The notes under the pieces are model-generated. The model searched no databases, was not told where the DNA came from, and worked only from the letters and a program-made list of their open reading frames with translations. From positions 96,001 to 160,000 of the forward strand of contig JBEKIW010000004.1 in NCBI GenBank assembly GCA_050011565.1: 64,000 nucleotides of DNA. The letters are read 5' to 3'. Positions 1-9,052 of the stretch are shown here, piece after piece (position 1 is the first letter of the stretch; every line of letters begins with the position of its first letter). Position numbers and translations under genes: made by a program. Source of the stretch: Dehalococcoidia bacterium (GTDB taxonomy: Bacteria; Chloroflexota; Dehalococcoidia; GIF9; UBA5629).

Positions 1-429
1 ACCAAATGGGATGGCGCGCATGTCGAGACCGGATTTCGCGCCGGAGTTCAAGCCTATAAAGAGGCCGGAGTTAAAAATCCGCGTAAAGAAATTAGCATGG
101 CTGAAGTACATGACTGCTTCTCCATAACCGAAGCGGTAACTATGGAGGATTTGCAGTTCAGTCCCCGAGGAAAGGTTAAAGAAGATATCGAGGCTGGACG
201 TTTCAATCTGGACGGCGAGCAGCCTGTTCAGCCCGACGGCGGATTGAAATGTTTCGGGCATCCTATCGGTGCCTCCGGCCTGCGTATGATGTACGAGATG
301 TATAAGCAGCTGCAGGGCAAAGCCCAGTTGCCGGAACGACAGTTAAAGAACCCCAAGCTGGGATTAACTCATAATATGGGTGGCTTTCCGGCCATGAATA
401 TTGTTAGCGTGGCCATTGTTGGGTTATAA
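1..429 (+). CDS. Thiolase (SCP-x / acetyl-CoA C-acyltransferase-like), C-terminal part; gene starts before the window
   Basis: Frame is open from base 1. Motifs EVHDCFS and DGGLKCFGHPIGASG and the terminal GLTHNMGG are typical of SCP-x-type thiolases. Confidence 0.85.
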   Translation, partial: TKWDGAHVETGFRAGVQAYKEAGVKNPRKEISMAEVHDCFSITEAVTMEDLQFSPRGKVKEDIEAGRFNLDGEQPVQPDGGLKCFGHPIGASGLRMMYEMYKQLQGKAQLPERQLKNPKLGLTHNMGGFPAMNIVSVAIVGL

Positions 430-754
430 GACGGAAGAATGAACTTAAAAGGCAGGCTGTGGCTGATGGTGCGCCGGCGATATTTGACCTATATCAGGAA
501 AGGGTATATGCTGGGCAGTAATTTACGTCTGATGCTATTGACATGCTGTGGTATAATATTTGCCGTACCTCCGATTGTATTTTGTATTGAATATGCTATA
601 AACTGGTCACATGAATAAAAAACAAATCTTATTAGTGGAAGGGGGTGGTCGTATCGAGTGAATAAGACCAAGCATGCCGGGGCAAACATCGGTCGATGGT
701 GTTTGTCAGCAAATTTGTCCTTAAGAGGAAATGTTTTAGGAGGTTAATGGCTAA

Positions 755-2644
755 GTGAAAAAAGTTCTGTTCTTATTGTTTACCTGTCTCTTACTTGTAG
801 CGATTGTACTTCCTGCCTGTAAGCCTGGTCCAGCAGTTACCGGGCCAGTAATAAAGATAGGCGTCATCGGGCCGATGCAATATATACAGGGCGAGCATCA
901 CTGGTGGGGTGCTGAGATGGCTCGTGATGAAATAAATGCGGCAGGTGGTGTAAAGGTCCTCCCTGACCAGCCCCCGTATATGGTTGAGCTAATCAAAGCA
1001 GACTCCAATGAAATAAACAGCATTACCGATGCCTCCGCGGCCATGGAAAAGTTGATAACGGTAGACAAGGCACAATTTGTGGTCGGGGGCTTCAGGACGG
1101 AAGCTGTCTTCCCCATGCAGGAAGTCGCCATGGACAACAAGATAATTTTCATGAATTGTGGCGCGGCTACACTTGCACTACAAACGCCGGTGTTGACGAA
1201 TTATGACCGCTATAAGTACTACTTCAGAGTCACTCCATTCCAATCCGGCTATCTAGTCCAGAATGTGTTAATGTCAATGTCAATGGCCGAAAAAATAATA
1301 AAAGAGGATACCGGGATACAAAGGCCGTTGAATGCTGCTGTCTTTACTGAAGGGGCGCAGTGGGCTGATGCCATAACGTCAATCATGCAATCGCTGATTC
1401 CTACGAAGCTGGGTATGAAAGTCGTTGGCACATGGAGACCATCGCCTACAGCCACAGATTGTAATGCCGAGATGGCAGCTATACAAGCTGCTAACACCGA
1501 CATTATCGGTGAAGTTATATCCGGCCCGCTTGGTGTACCATATGCCAGGTCATGGGGCGAGCTGAAAGTACCGGCAGCTTCAGTGGGCATTAACGTTGAG
1601 TCCCAGGCTTTCACCTTCTGGGAAGCGACTCAGCATTTCGGCAACTTGGAGACTGGCCTGGTTACATTAGCTGAGAACACAGCGGTTACGCCGAAGACTG
1701 TCCCGTTCTACAATGCCTTTGTAGCGAAGACCGGACAGCCACCCATATATACTGGTGCCGGCACTTACGATGCCGTCTATACCTTGGCAGAAGCCATAAC
1801 CCGGGCAGGGACTCTGGATTCAGATGCCGTGGTTGCTGAGCTGGAAAAGACGGATAGAGTTGGGGCTGGGGCCCGCCTTGTATTTACGGGTATTGATGAT
1901 CCGTCGAAGGATCCTCACGACGTGACCTACGGTCCCGGATTTTCAACGGGTATCGCCGGGCAGTGGCAGGATGGAAAATTGGTAGGTGTCTGGCCGAACC
2001 CTAACTATGTCGGGTATGTTCCGAATGATGCCTGGAAAACGGTGTCATATGAGGGAATGGTTAAGTGGATACCACGCCCCGAGCTAATCGACAAGTTGAA
2101 GGCCGAGGCGGCTACGCAACCGGCGGCACCCCCAGCGGGAGAACAACCTGCAGCACCTCCGGCGGGAGAACAGCCGGCAGCACCTCCAGCAGCAGGATTA
2201 GCGACTTACACCAACACCGAGTATGGTTTCTCCGTTCAATATCCTGGTGACTGGGTAGCGCGACCAGAGCTCATCATTAAGCCTGAATTCCAAAAGGCTG
2301 CATACGGTGTATCTGGCTTTGTTCCAGGGTTTGTTGCTTATGCCTTTGCTAATCCTCCGGAGGAGTCTAAAGATTGGATCGTTACGTCTTTCAAGGCGAC
2401 AGGCAATACAATGCCTAAAGTGACCTCAGACATCAAACAGGAGACTCTGGCGGATGGTACTCAAGCTTACACGTATAAAGCAAGCTATGTATCTGCCACT
2501 GGATATGGGATAGAGTCGTACGTCCTCGATGCAGATAAGGGAACCACCCGGTTTCGTGTGAATGTATTTACTATACCTGATATGGCTCCTATGGATGAGG
2601 CGCTGGCTTCGCAAGTTGCTCACTCTTTGACCTTTACAAAGTAA
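755..2644 (+). CDS. Liv-type (HAAT) ABC substrate-binding lipoprotein fused via a Pro/Ala linker to a C-terminal PsbP-like domain
   Basis: Lipobox LPAC; IKIGVIGP...MARDEINAAGG and YDAVY..AEAI..AG motifs of LivK-like proteins; (PAAPPAGEQ)n linker; YTNTEYGFSVQYPGDW starts a PsbP-like domain. GTG start after AGGAGG. Confidence 0.85.
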   Translation: MKKVLFLLFTCLLLVAIVLPACKPGPAVTGPVIKIGVIGPMQYIQGEHHWWGAEMARDEINAAGGVKVLPDQPPYMVELIKADSNEINSITDASAAMEKLITVDKAQFVVGGFRTEAVFPMQEVAMDNKIIFMNCGAATLALQTPVLTNYDRYKYYFRVTPFQSGYLVQNVLMSMSMAEKIIKEDTGIQRPLNAAVFTEGAQWADAITSIMQSLIPTKLGMKVVGTWRPSPTATDCNAEMAAIQAANTDIIGEVISGPLGVPYARSWGELKVPAASVGINVESQAFTFWEATQHFGNLETGLVTLAENTAVTPKTVPFYNAFVAKTGQPPIYTGAGTYDAVYTLAEAITRAGTLDSDAVVAELEKTDRVGAGARLVFTGIDDPSKDPHDVTYGPGFSTGIAGQWQDGKLVGVWPNPNYVGYVPNDAWKTVSYEGMVKWIPRPELIDKLKAEAATQPAAPPAGEQPAAPPAGEQPAAPPAAGLATYTNTEYGFSVQYPGDWVARPELIIKPEFQKAAYGVSGFVPGFVAYAFANPPEESKDWIVTSFKATGNTMPKVTSDIKQETLADGTQAYTYKASYVSATGYGIESYVLDADKGTTRFRVNVFTIPDMAPMDEALASQVAHSLTFTK

Positions 2645-2659
2645 CCATTTTAAATATTA

Positions 2660-2691
2660 GCGAGACCCCAGGCCAACGCCTGGGGTCTCGC
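2660..2691 (+). terminator. Perfect 14-bp stem-loop after the substrate-binding gene (terminator or mRNA stabiliser, no U tract)
   Basis: gcgagaccccaggc-caac-gcctggggtctcgc. Confidence 0.6.
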
Positions 2692-2786
2692 CAGAGGCTT
2701 ATCAGACGAATTGCCGGTCGGCAGTTTTTGAGGACGGCAAGCCTAGATTGAGAATGTTATATGGCAAATTAGCAAAAGGAGATGCG

Positions 2787-3431
2787 ATGACGAACAAGAC
2801 ATACAAATTCGTAACAGTGTTAATGGTCATGCTGCTTGTTCTGGGTCTGGCCTTAGTGGCCTGCAAGGCACCGGCTGAAACAGTAACGCCACCGGCTCCA
2901 CCCGAACAACAAGCGACGCCACCGGCTGAACAACAAGCGACGCCACCGGCTGAACAACCAGCTACACCGCCGGCTGCACACCAACTGACATATACAGCTA
3001 AAACATATACTAATAGCCAGTATGGCTTCTCAATCCAGTACCCAAAGGATTGGGTAGAGCGCCCCGAAATCGCCAATGGGAGCCTTATCATTGCCTTCGG
3101 TGTACCCGGGTTCGTTCCTGGCGTAAGTATGAGTGTACGTGATGCAAATGAACCTATGACTGCCGATTGGGTCGTGGCAGCGAATACGGCTGAGGGGAAC
3201 ACGAAGGTTAAAGTTACGTCACCTCCGACAGAGACAACTCTGTTTGACGGCACGCCGGCAGTTCAGTACGTATCGAAGTTTACGTCTGGACAATACGACA
3301 TTGTTTCTTTTGCCACCAGCACAGACAAGAACGGCAAGCGGATTCGTGCCACTGTATGGACTATAGACGCGTTCTCTCCTTACGATGAGGCACTGTTCTC
3401 TGAGATAGCACACACCTTGTCAGTTAAATAA
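2787..3431 (+). CDS. PsbP-like domain lipoprotein with Pro-rich (TPPAEQQA)n linker
   Basis: ATG 2787 after AAGGAG; lipobox LVAC; YTNSQYGFSIQYPKDW; ends DEALFSEIAHTL, similar to the C-terminal domain of 755..2644. Confidence 0.8.
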   Translation: MTNKTYKFVTVLMVMLLVLGLALVACKAPAETVTPPAPPEQQATPPAEQQATPPAEQPATPPAAHQLTYTAKTYTNSQYGFSIQYPKDWVERPEIANGSLIIAFGVPGFVPGVSMSVRDANEPMTADWVVAANTAEGNTKVKVTSPPTETTLFDGTPAVQYVSKFTSGQYDIVSFATSTDKNGKRIRATVWTIDAFSPYDEALFSEIAHTLSVK

Positions 3432-3565
3432 GAAATCGTTTTAGTCCTGTATGGAGGCTGCAGGCCGGTTACAGTCTGTAGTCTCCATGAAGGTTAGCGG
3501 AACAAGTATGCCGTTTGGTACCGTAGAGTTAGGCAAGTAAGATTGAAGGTTAGGTAAGATAAGAT

Positions 3566-4438
3566 ATGGTTGAAGGAATTATAGTTCAGACTCTGGTGAA
3601 AGGAAGTGTATATGCGCTCCTGGCTCTCGGTTTCGCCCTAATCTTTGGGGTAGCCCGGGTGCTACAGCTGTCGCATACCGCGTTTTACATGCTGGCAGCC
3701 TACGGGATATTTGCTTTCGCCAGCTTACTCGGTTGGAGTCCGATTGTGTCCATTATCCTGTCTATAGTCATTACTACCGGGCTGGGGCTTCTGGTGTACA
3801 AGCTACTTATCGACCGTGTACGTGAGCACCACGTAACCGTGATGCTGATAACCCTGGCTGTAGCCATGATGTTTCAGCAGATCATGATTATTGCCTTCTC
3901 AGGTCAATATCGTTCAGCGCCGGCTTTTGTCACAGGATACTGGGAAATACTCGGCGTAAAAGTCGTCTTCCAGAATTTGCTGGTATTTGCTGGTGCGGCG
4001 GTTGTTCTGCTCATCGTATGGGCGCTTTTGTCAAAGACAAGACTGGGTATTGCCATCAGGGCTACCGCTCAGGACACCGAAATTGCCAATCTAATGGGGA
4101 TAAATGTCTCCACTATACTGTTCACGGTTATGGGTATTGCCGCGGCACTGGCCGCGGTTGCCGGCGTGCTGGTGGCTCCAACGTTGGTCCTTGAACCTGG
4201 TATGCTGTGGCCTCCATTCGTCATGGTCATGGCGATAATTACTCTGGGTGGTCTGGGAAGCGTCAAGGGAAGTGTCATCGGAGCTTTTATTCTGGCCCTG
4301 GTTGAAACCCTGGTTGTTTTCTTGCTGCCTACCGGTGCCTTTCTTAAGGGGGCCGCCGCCTTGCTGGTCATGGTGATAGTACTCATTGTAAGGCCTGAGG
4401 GTCTATTTGGCGTAGTTTTCGAAGAGGAGAGATTGTAA
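3566..4438 (+). CDS. livH: Branched-chain amino acid-type ABC permease (LivH family)
   Basis: GSVYALLALGFALIFGV, TRLGIAIRATAQD and LGGLGSVKG motifs. Confidence 0.9.
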   Translation: MVEGIIVQTLVKGSVYALLALGFALIFGVARVLQLSHTAFYMLAAYGIFAFASLLGWSPIVSIILSIVITTGLGLLVYKLLIDRVREHHVTVMLITLAVAMMFQQIMIIAFSGQYRSAPAFVTGYWEILGVKVVFQNLLVFAGAAVVLLIVWALLSKTRLGIAIRATAQDTEIANLMGINVSTILFTVMGIAAALAAVAGVLVAPTLVLEPGMLWPPFVMVMAIITLGGLGSVKGSVIGAFILALVETLVVFLLPTGAFLKGAAALLVMVIVLIVRPEGLFGVVFEEERL

Positions 4439-4439
4439 A

Positions 4440-5489
4440 TTGCTAAGTAGATTATTTAAAGATTTTCAGGGCGATGTAGTGGCCATACCGGGCAGGTTAA
4501 TAGCTTTAATTTTCTTTGTGCTCTTGTTTCTAATTCCTGCATTTACACAGCAGCCTTACATACTGCGTATGCTGATTTTTACGAATATGTTCGTTATCTT
4601 CGCCGTAAGCTGGGATTTTATATCCGGCTATACCGGCCAGTTGAACTTCGGTCATGCCCTCTTCTTCGGGGTGGCCGCCTACACGACAGCTTTGCTGAAC
4701 AGGGGAGGCGACCTGGGCCCGCACTGGCCAATATGGGTAACCATACCGCTGGGTGCCATTGCAGCGGTAATAGCCGGCGTTGTCATGTGTTTGCCGGCAT
4801 TGAGGTTGAGGGGACCCTATCTGGCTCTGGTAACCCTGGCGTTTCCACTTATTCTTCTCGGGGTTATTTTCTCTTTTACCAAGTTTACCGGTGGTGAGTT
4901 AGGAATTTCCGGTATTGACCGCATTTCCGATTCCAGAACAGTAGAGTACTACATCTCAGTGCTCGTCATGATCGTCTCGGTATTCATAATGTGGAAGCTT
5001 ACGGATGCCCAGAGCGGCCTGGTCAGGACAGGGATTATTCTTCATGCTATACGCGAGGATGAAATTGCAGCTCGCGCCAGCGGAATAAATACAATACGAT
5101 ATAAGCTGTTCGCCTTTGCTGTAGGCGGCTTCTTCGCCGGAATAGCAGGCGGCTTTTATGCGCACTTCCTGAGAATTGCCGGTCCTTCCTCCCTGGACCT
5201 TACATTGTCGTTCCAAGCCATAATATGGACTGTTTTCGGAGGTATTGTTAGCATTTACGGGGCGGTGGTGGGGGTTTATATACTTTATCCTCTGATGGAG
5301 TCCCTGCGTTCTATCTCGGAGTACCGGATGTTAATCTTTGCCGTCATAGTGATACTGATTCTTCTTTTCATGCCTGAAGGCATTGCCGTCTGGATACGGG
5401 ACAAGATTGAGAGACAATGTCCACGTTGCAAGCTGACTAATGTGTCATGGCGTCATACCTGTAGAGCTTGCAGCGCTGACCTGTACTAG
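4440..5489 (+). CDS. livM: ABC permease (LivM family) with a C-terminal zinc ribbon
   Basis: GYTGQLNFGHALFFG, LRGPYLALVTL, AIREDEIAA and MPEGI motifs; tail CPRC-X10-CRAC. Confidence 0.9.
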   Translation: MLSRLFKDFQGDVVAIPGRLIALIFFVLLFLIPAFTQQPYILRMLIFTNMFVIFAVSWDFISGYTGQLNFGHALFFGVAAYTTALLNRGGDLGPHWPIWVTIPLGAIAAVIAGVVMCLPALRLRGPYLALVTLAFPLILLGVIFSFTKFTGGELGISGIDRISDSRTVEYYISVLVMIVSVFIMWKLTDAQSGLVRTGIILHAIREDEIAARASGINTIRYKLFAFAVGGFFAGIAGGFYAHFLRIAGPSSLDLTLSFQAIIWTVFGGIVSIYGAVVGVYILYPLMESLRSISEYRMLIFAVIVILILLFMPEGIAVWIRDKIERQCPRCKLTNVSWRHTCRACSADLY

Positions 5490-5541
5490 GGGATGCTTGG
5501 ATAAGTAAAAGCTTACAATCTTCTGGGAAAAGCTAGAGATT

Positions 5542-6291
5542 CTAGAGGCCGAGATACGTCTTTCTGATAGTTTCGTCTTTGAGCAACTCTGCAGCTGTTC
5601 CTTGGGCGATGATATGGCCTCTTGACATAACGTAATTTCTTACTGAGAGGCTAAAAGCGAAACTGACATCTTGTTCAGCCAGTAAAATAGTAACACCCAG
5701 TTCGCGGTAAATCTCTTCTACACGTTTAAACAGGTCCTGCTTTAATTTTGGTGCCAGGCCGCTTGAGGGTTCGTCAACCATCATGAACTTAGGGCGACGC
5801 ATCAACGACCTGCCAATAGCCAGCATTTGACGTTCACCGCCGGATAGTGTTCCCGATATTTGATTCTGTCGTTCTTTCAGTCTGGGAAAGAGCTCATAGA
5901 CCTTTTCCATGCTACTATTAATTGCCTTCTGGTCCTTGACAAGATAAGCGCCGGCCAGCAGGTTATCTTTAACCGTCATTTCAACAAATGGCCTGCCTCG
6001 CTCCGGGCAAAGGAGCAGACCTCTTTTGGCTATATCAGATGCCGACAGATTTTCAATCCTCTCACCCTCGAACTCTATAATCCCATCGAAGGTTATATCA
6101 GCCTGTCTGGTTCCTTTTGAGACCTCTTTCTCCCACTTTATTAATCCTGCCATAGCCCTGAGTAAGGTGCTCTTTCCGGCACCGTTGGGGCCGACAAGGC
6201 TCACCAATTCGCCTTTTTCTACATTAAGGCTGGCGTCATCCAGCACCGTGGCCGTGTCGTAACGGACGGTTACGTTTTTAACTTCCAGCAA
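5542..6291 (-). CDS. livF: ABC ATPase (LivF family)
   Basis: Walker A GPNGAGKST, LFPRLKER, LSGGERQMLAIGR, DEPSSGLAP. Confidence 0.9.
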   Translation of the reverse strand: MLEVKNVTVRYDTATVLDDASLNVEKGELVSLVGPNGAGKSTLLRAMAGLIKWEKEVSKGTRQADITFDGIIEFEGERIENLSASDIAKRGLLLCPERGRPFVEMTVKDNLLAGAYLVKDQKAINSSMEKVYELFPRLKERQNQISGTLSGGERQMLAIGRSLMRRPKFMMVDEPSSGLAPKLKQDLFKRVEEIYRELGVTILLAEQDVSFAFSLSVRNYVMSRGHIIAQGTAAELLKDETIRKTYLGL

Positions 6292-7051
6292 TGAGCACCT
6301 CCTTACCTGTGTAAGCTTCGATTACTACGGGGTTTTTGGATATTTCTTCAGGTGTGCCTGTAGCGATGATTTCGCCAAAGCAAAGTACAATTACTCTGTC
6401 TACTATCTTCATCAGCTCACTAAGCTTGTGCTCTATGATAAGCATAGCCGGCCCTTCACTATGAAGCCGGCCGAATCTCCCGCCTTTGTGTAACCGTTTC
6501 ATTGATTTGGCCACAAGCTCGGTTTCGGCTGGGTTCAATCCGCCGAAAGGCTCATCGAGGATAAGCAACTCCGGTTCGGTGGCAATAGCTCTGGCTACCT
6601 CCAGCCGCTTTAAATCCCCGTGTGCTAGAATAGAAGCCGGTTCTAGAGCCATGTCGGCGATACCTACGAATTCCAAAGCGTCTCGTGCCTTTACCTCGAC
6701 TCTTTTGACCCATTCGCCTCGCTTGGATATCCTCGGGCAGAGACAACCTACCATAACGTTAGCTATGATAGGCAAATGGCGGAAAGGTTTTACTACCTGG
6801 AAAGTTCCCACCATACCTCTCTGGACAATATCCCACGATCGTTTTCTGGTTATATCTTTGCCGTCAAGTATGACTTTTCCTGAATCCGGCCTCAATATGC
6901 CGAGTAAGCAGCGTATGAGTGTGGTCTTGCCCGAACCGTTTGGCCCAATCAGGCCGACGATTTCATCTCTTTCTATCTTGAAGCTCACATTATTAACAGC
7001 AGATAGACCGCCGAAGGTCTTGGTTAAATTTTCGACTTCTAGAAACGCCAT
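6278..7051 (-). CDS. livG: ABC ATPase (LivG family)
   Basis: FGGLSAV, GPNGSGKTT, LLILDEP, IEH, and C-terminal NPVVIEAY. Confidence 0.9.
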   Translation of the reverse strand: MAFLEVENLTKTFGGLSAVNNVSFKIERDEIVGLIGPNGSGKTTLIRCLLGILRPDSGKVILDGKDITRKRSWDIVQRGMVGTFQVVKPFRHLPIIANVMVGCLCPRISKRGEWVKRVEVKARDALEFVGIADMALEPASILAHGDLKRLEVARAIATEPELLILDEPFGGLNPAETELVAKSMKRLHKGGRFGRLHSEGPAMLIIEHKLSELMKIVDRVIVLCFGEIIATGTPEEISKNPVVIEAYTGKEVLIAGS

Positions 7052-7058
7052 TTTATAG

Positions 7059-8768
7059 CTACTCCTCTCTCAGCTCACGACGAGATACTTTGCCGACATC
7101 TGTTTTAGGCACCTCGCCTCTGAACTCGACGATTGTGGGACACTTATAATCAGCTAGCCTCTCCTGGCAATATTTCATGATATCCAGCTCTGATAGCTTC
7201 CCTCTGGCTTCTGTCTCGAGGACAACTACTGCTTTTACTTTCTCTCCAACCTCGGGGTCGGGAACTCCGATTACACCCGTCTCCTTGATTTGAGGATGAG
7301 CCGCCAGGACTTCTTCTACCTCCCTGGCATATACAATCTTGCCCTTGTGCTTAATCATATCACGTTTTCTGTCGTAGAAAAAGAAATAGCCGTCTTGATC
7401 CATTCTGCACAAGTCGCCGGTACGAAGCCAGATTTCACCGTCTATATTGACAAATGTTTCACTGGTTGCCTCCGGGTTTTTCCAGTATCCTTTGGCTACT
7501 TGTGGACCCTTTATTATAAGCTCGCCTATCTCGCCAACAGAAAGAAAATTGTTGCTATCGGGGTCGACTATGGCAGCCACGGTATTAGGTAGAGGTACAC
7601 CGAAAGAGCCGACTTTTGTTTTGCCGAATGGGTTGACAATTCCCACAGAAGTTGTTTCAGTCATCCCCCAGCCCTCGTGGATTTTGGAGCCCGTCCTTTT
7701 CTCCCAGCCTTTAGCCGTGTCCTCAAGTAGGATGTCGGCGCCGGAGATAAGAACTTTGACGCGCTTCCAATTGACTCTGTCGGTGCGGTGGTAATCTCGA
7801 AGATATTCATATAAGGCCGCCACGCTGTAGAAAATAGTTGCATGGTAAGTTTCCATGGCGTTGAGTAAGTCGTCAAGGTCGATGGTGGTGAATATCACCA
7901 GGGTGTATCCCTGCGCCAGACCACCCGCCACCAACACCGCCTGGCCATAGATATGATAGAAGGGCAAATAAGCTAAAATGGTTTCCTTGCCTTCTTGCGT
8001 AACATCGCCCCAGAAATTTGCGGCTATATGTTCGGATACGTTAATGTTTTCGTGGGTTATCATAACACCTTTGGGTAGTCCCGTTGTCCCTCCGGTGTAG
8101 GGAAGAGTTACCAGGTCCTCCTTATTGTTGAATTCGATTTTCGGTGGATTGGGTGGATATTTCTTAATCAAGTCTTTGAATAGATAGAATCCCTCTCTAT
8201 GGTAGAGCTCGGCAGGCGGTGCTGCCATCTTCTGGTAGACGGCACGGAGTACGCTGCTGCCCATGAACCTTTTCAGCCACGGTATATAATCGGCGATATT
8301 TACCAGGATGACCTTATCCAGCTTGACTTCTGCCCGTTCGACGTTATCATAGAGATTATCCTGGCAGATAATTATGGTGGCGCCGCTGTCTTCAATTTGA
8401 TGTTTGATTTCGGGGCTGACATAGAAAGGACTGATGGCAGTTAAAATGGCTCCAGCCTTTAAAGCTCCGAAAAAGGCTATGATGAACTGGGGTGAGTTCA
8501 GAAGTAGTAAAGCGACTCTATCCCCCTTTTTAACTCCTAAGTCCTGGAGAGCTGTGGCGAATCTATCGACATGGTCTCTTAGCTCGCGGTAGCTCATCTT
8601 CCTGCCATAGAATATTACGGCAGTTCTATCCTTCCATTTGTCTGTGGCTTCGTTAAAGATGTCAACTGCGGACTTATCCGCCATTTTTATGTCCGCCGGC
8701 ACCTCCGGGAGATAGAACTTCAGCCACGGTCTGGATTCGTATATTGCCTTGTTGGTATCGGCCGCCAT
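7059..8768 (-). CDS. Long-chain fatty acid/acyl-CoA ligase (FadD-like)
   Basis: AMP-binding YTGGTTGLPKG, GWGMTET, RTGD and PKTDVGK motifs; ATG at 8768 after GGAGGAGG. Confidence 0.9.
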   Translation of the reverse strand: MAADTNKAIYESRPWLKFYLPEVPADIKMADKSAVDIFNEATDKWKDRTAVIFYGRKMSYRELRDHVDRFATALQDLGVKKGDRVALLLLNSPQFIIAFFGALKAGAILTAISPFYVSPEIKHQIEDSGATIIICQDNLYDNVERAEVKLDKVILVNIADYIPWLKRFMGSSVLRAVYQKMAAPPAELYHREGFYLFKDLIKKYPPNPPKIEFNNKEDLVTLPYTGGTTGLPKGVMITHENINVSEHIAANFWGDVTQEGKETILAYLPFYHIYGQAVLVAGGLAQGYTLVIFTTIDLDDLLNAMETYHATIFYSVAALYEYLRDYHRTDRVNWKRVKVLISGADILLEDTAKGWEKRTGSKIHEGWGMTETTSVGIVNPFGKTKVGSFGVPLPNTVAAIVDPDSNNFLSVGEIGELIIKGPQVAKGYWKNPEATSETFVNIDGEIWLRTGDLCRMDQDGYFFFYDRKRDMIKHKGKIVYAREVEEVLAAHPQIKETGVIGVPDPEVGEKVKAVVVLETEARGKLSELDIMKYCQERLADYKCPTIVEFRGEVPKTDVGKVSRRELREE

Positions 8769-9052
8769 TATGTCACCTCCTCCTTTATTTGGAGCAAAGT
8801 ATAGCACAGTGTTTGTATTTTGCCAATGTGACTGAGATGTTTGGTGGTTATATTAAAGTACGAACGAAATATACGCAGGATTGAGTTTTGCGAATTTAAC
8901 AGCGTTCGCCCTGGTACTTTCATAACAGCACCAAATTCTAAGCTAGAGCAGATTGTTGCCCATTTCTTTTGTTCGGTTGATAGGCTCTTTGCCGGCATCT
9001 AAGGCAGGCTTGTGAAAGGCTACATCAGTATCGCTTCAATGTCAAGCCGGTT

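Noticed and set aside
430-754. Riboswitch in the leader of the ABC substrate-binding gene
   Set aside because: No recognisable aptamer consensus or expression platform.
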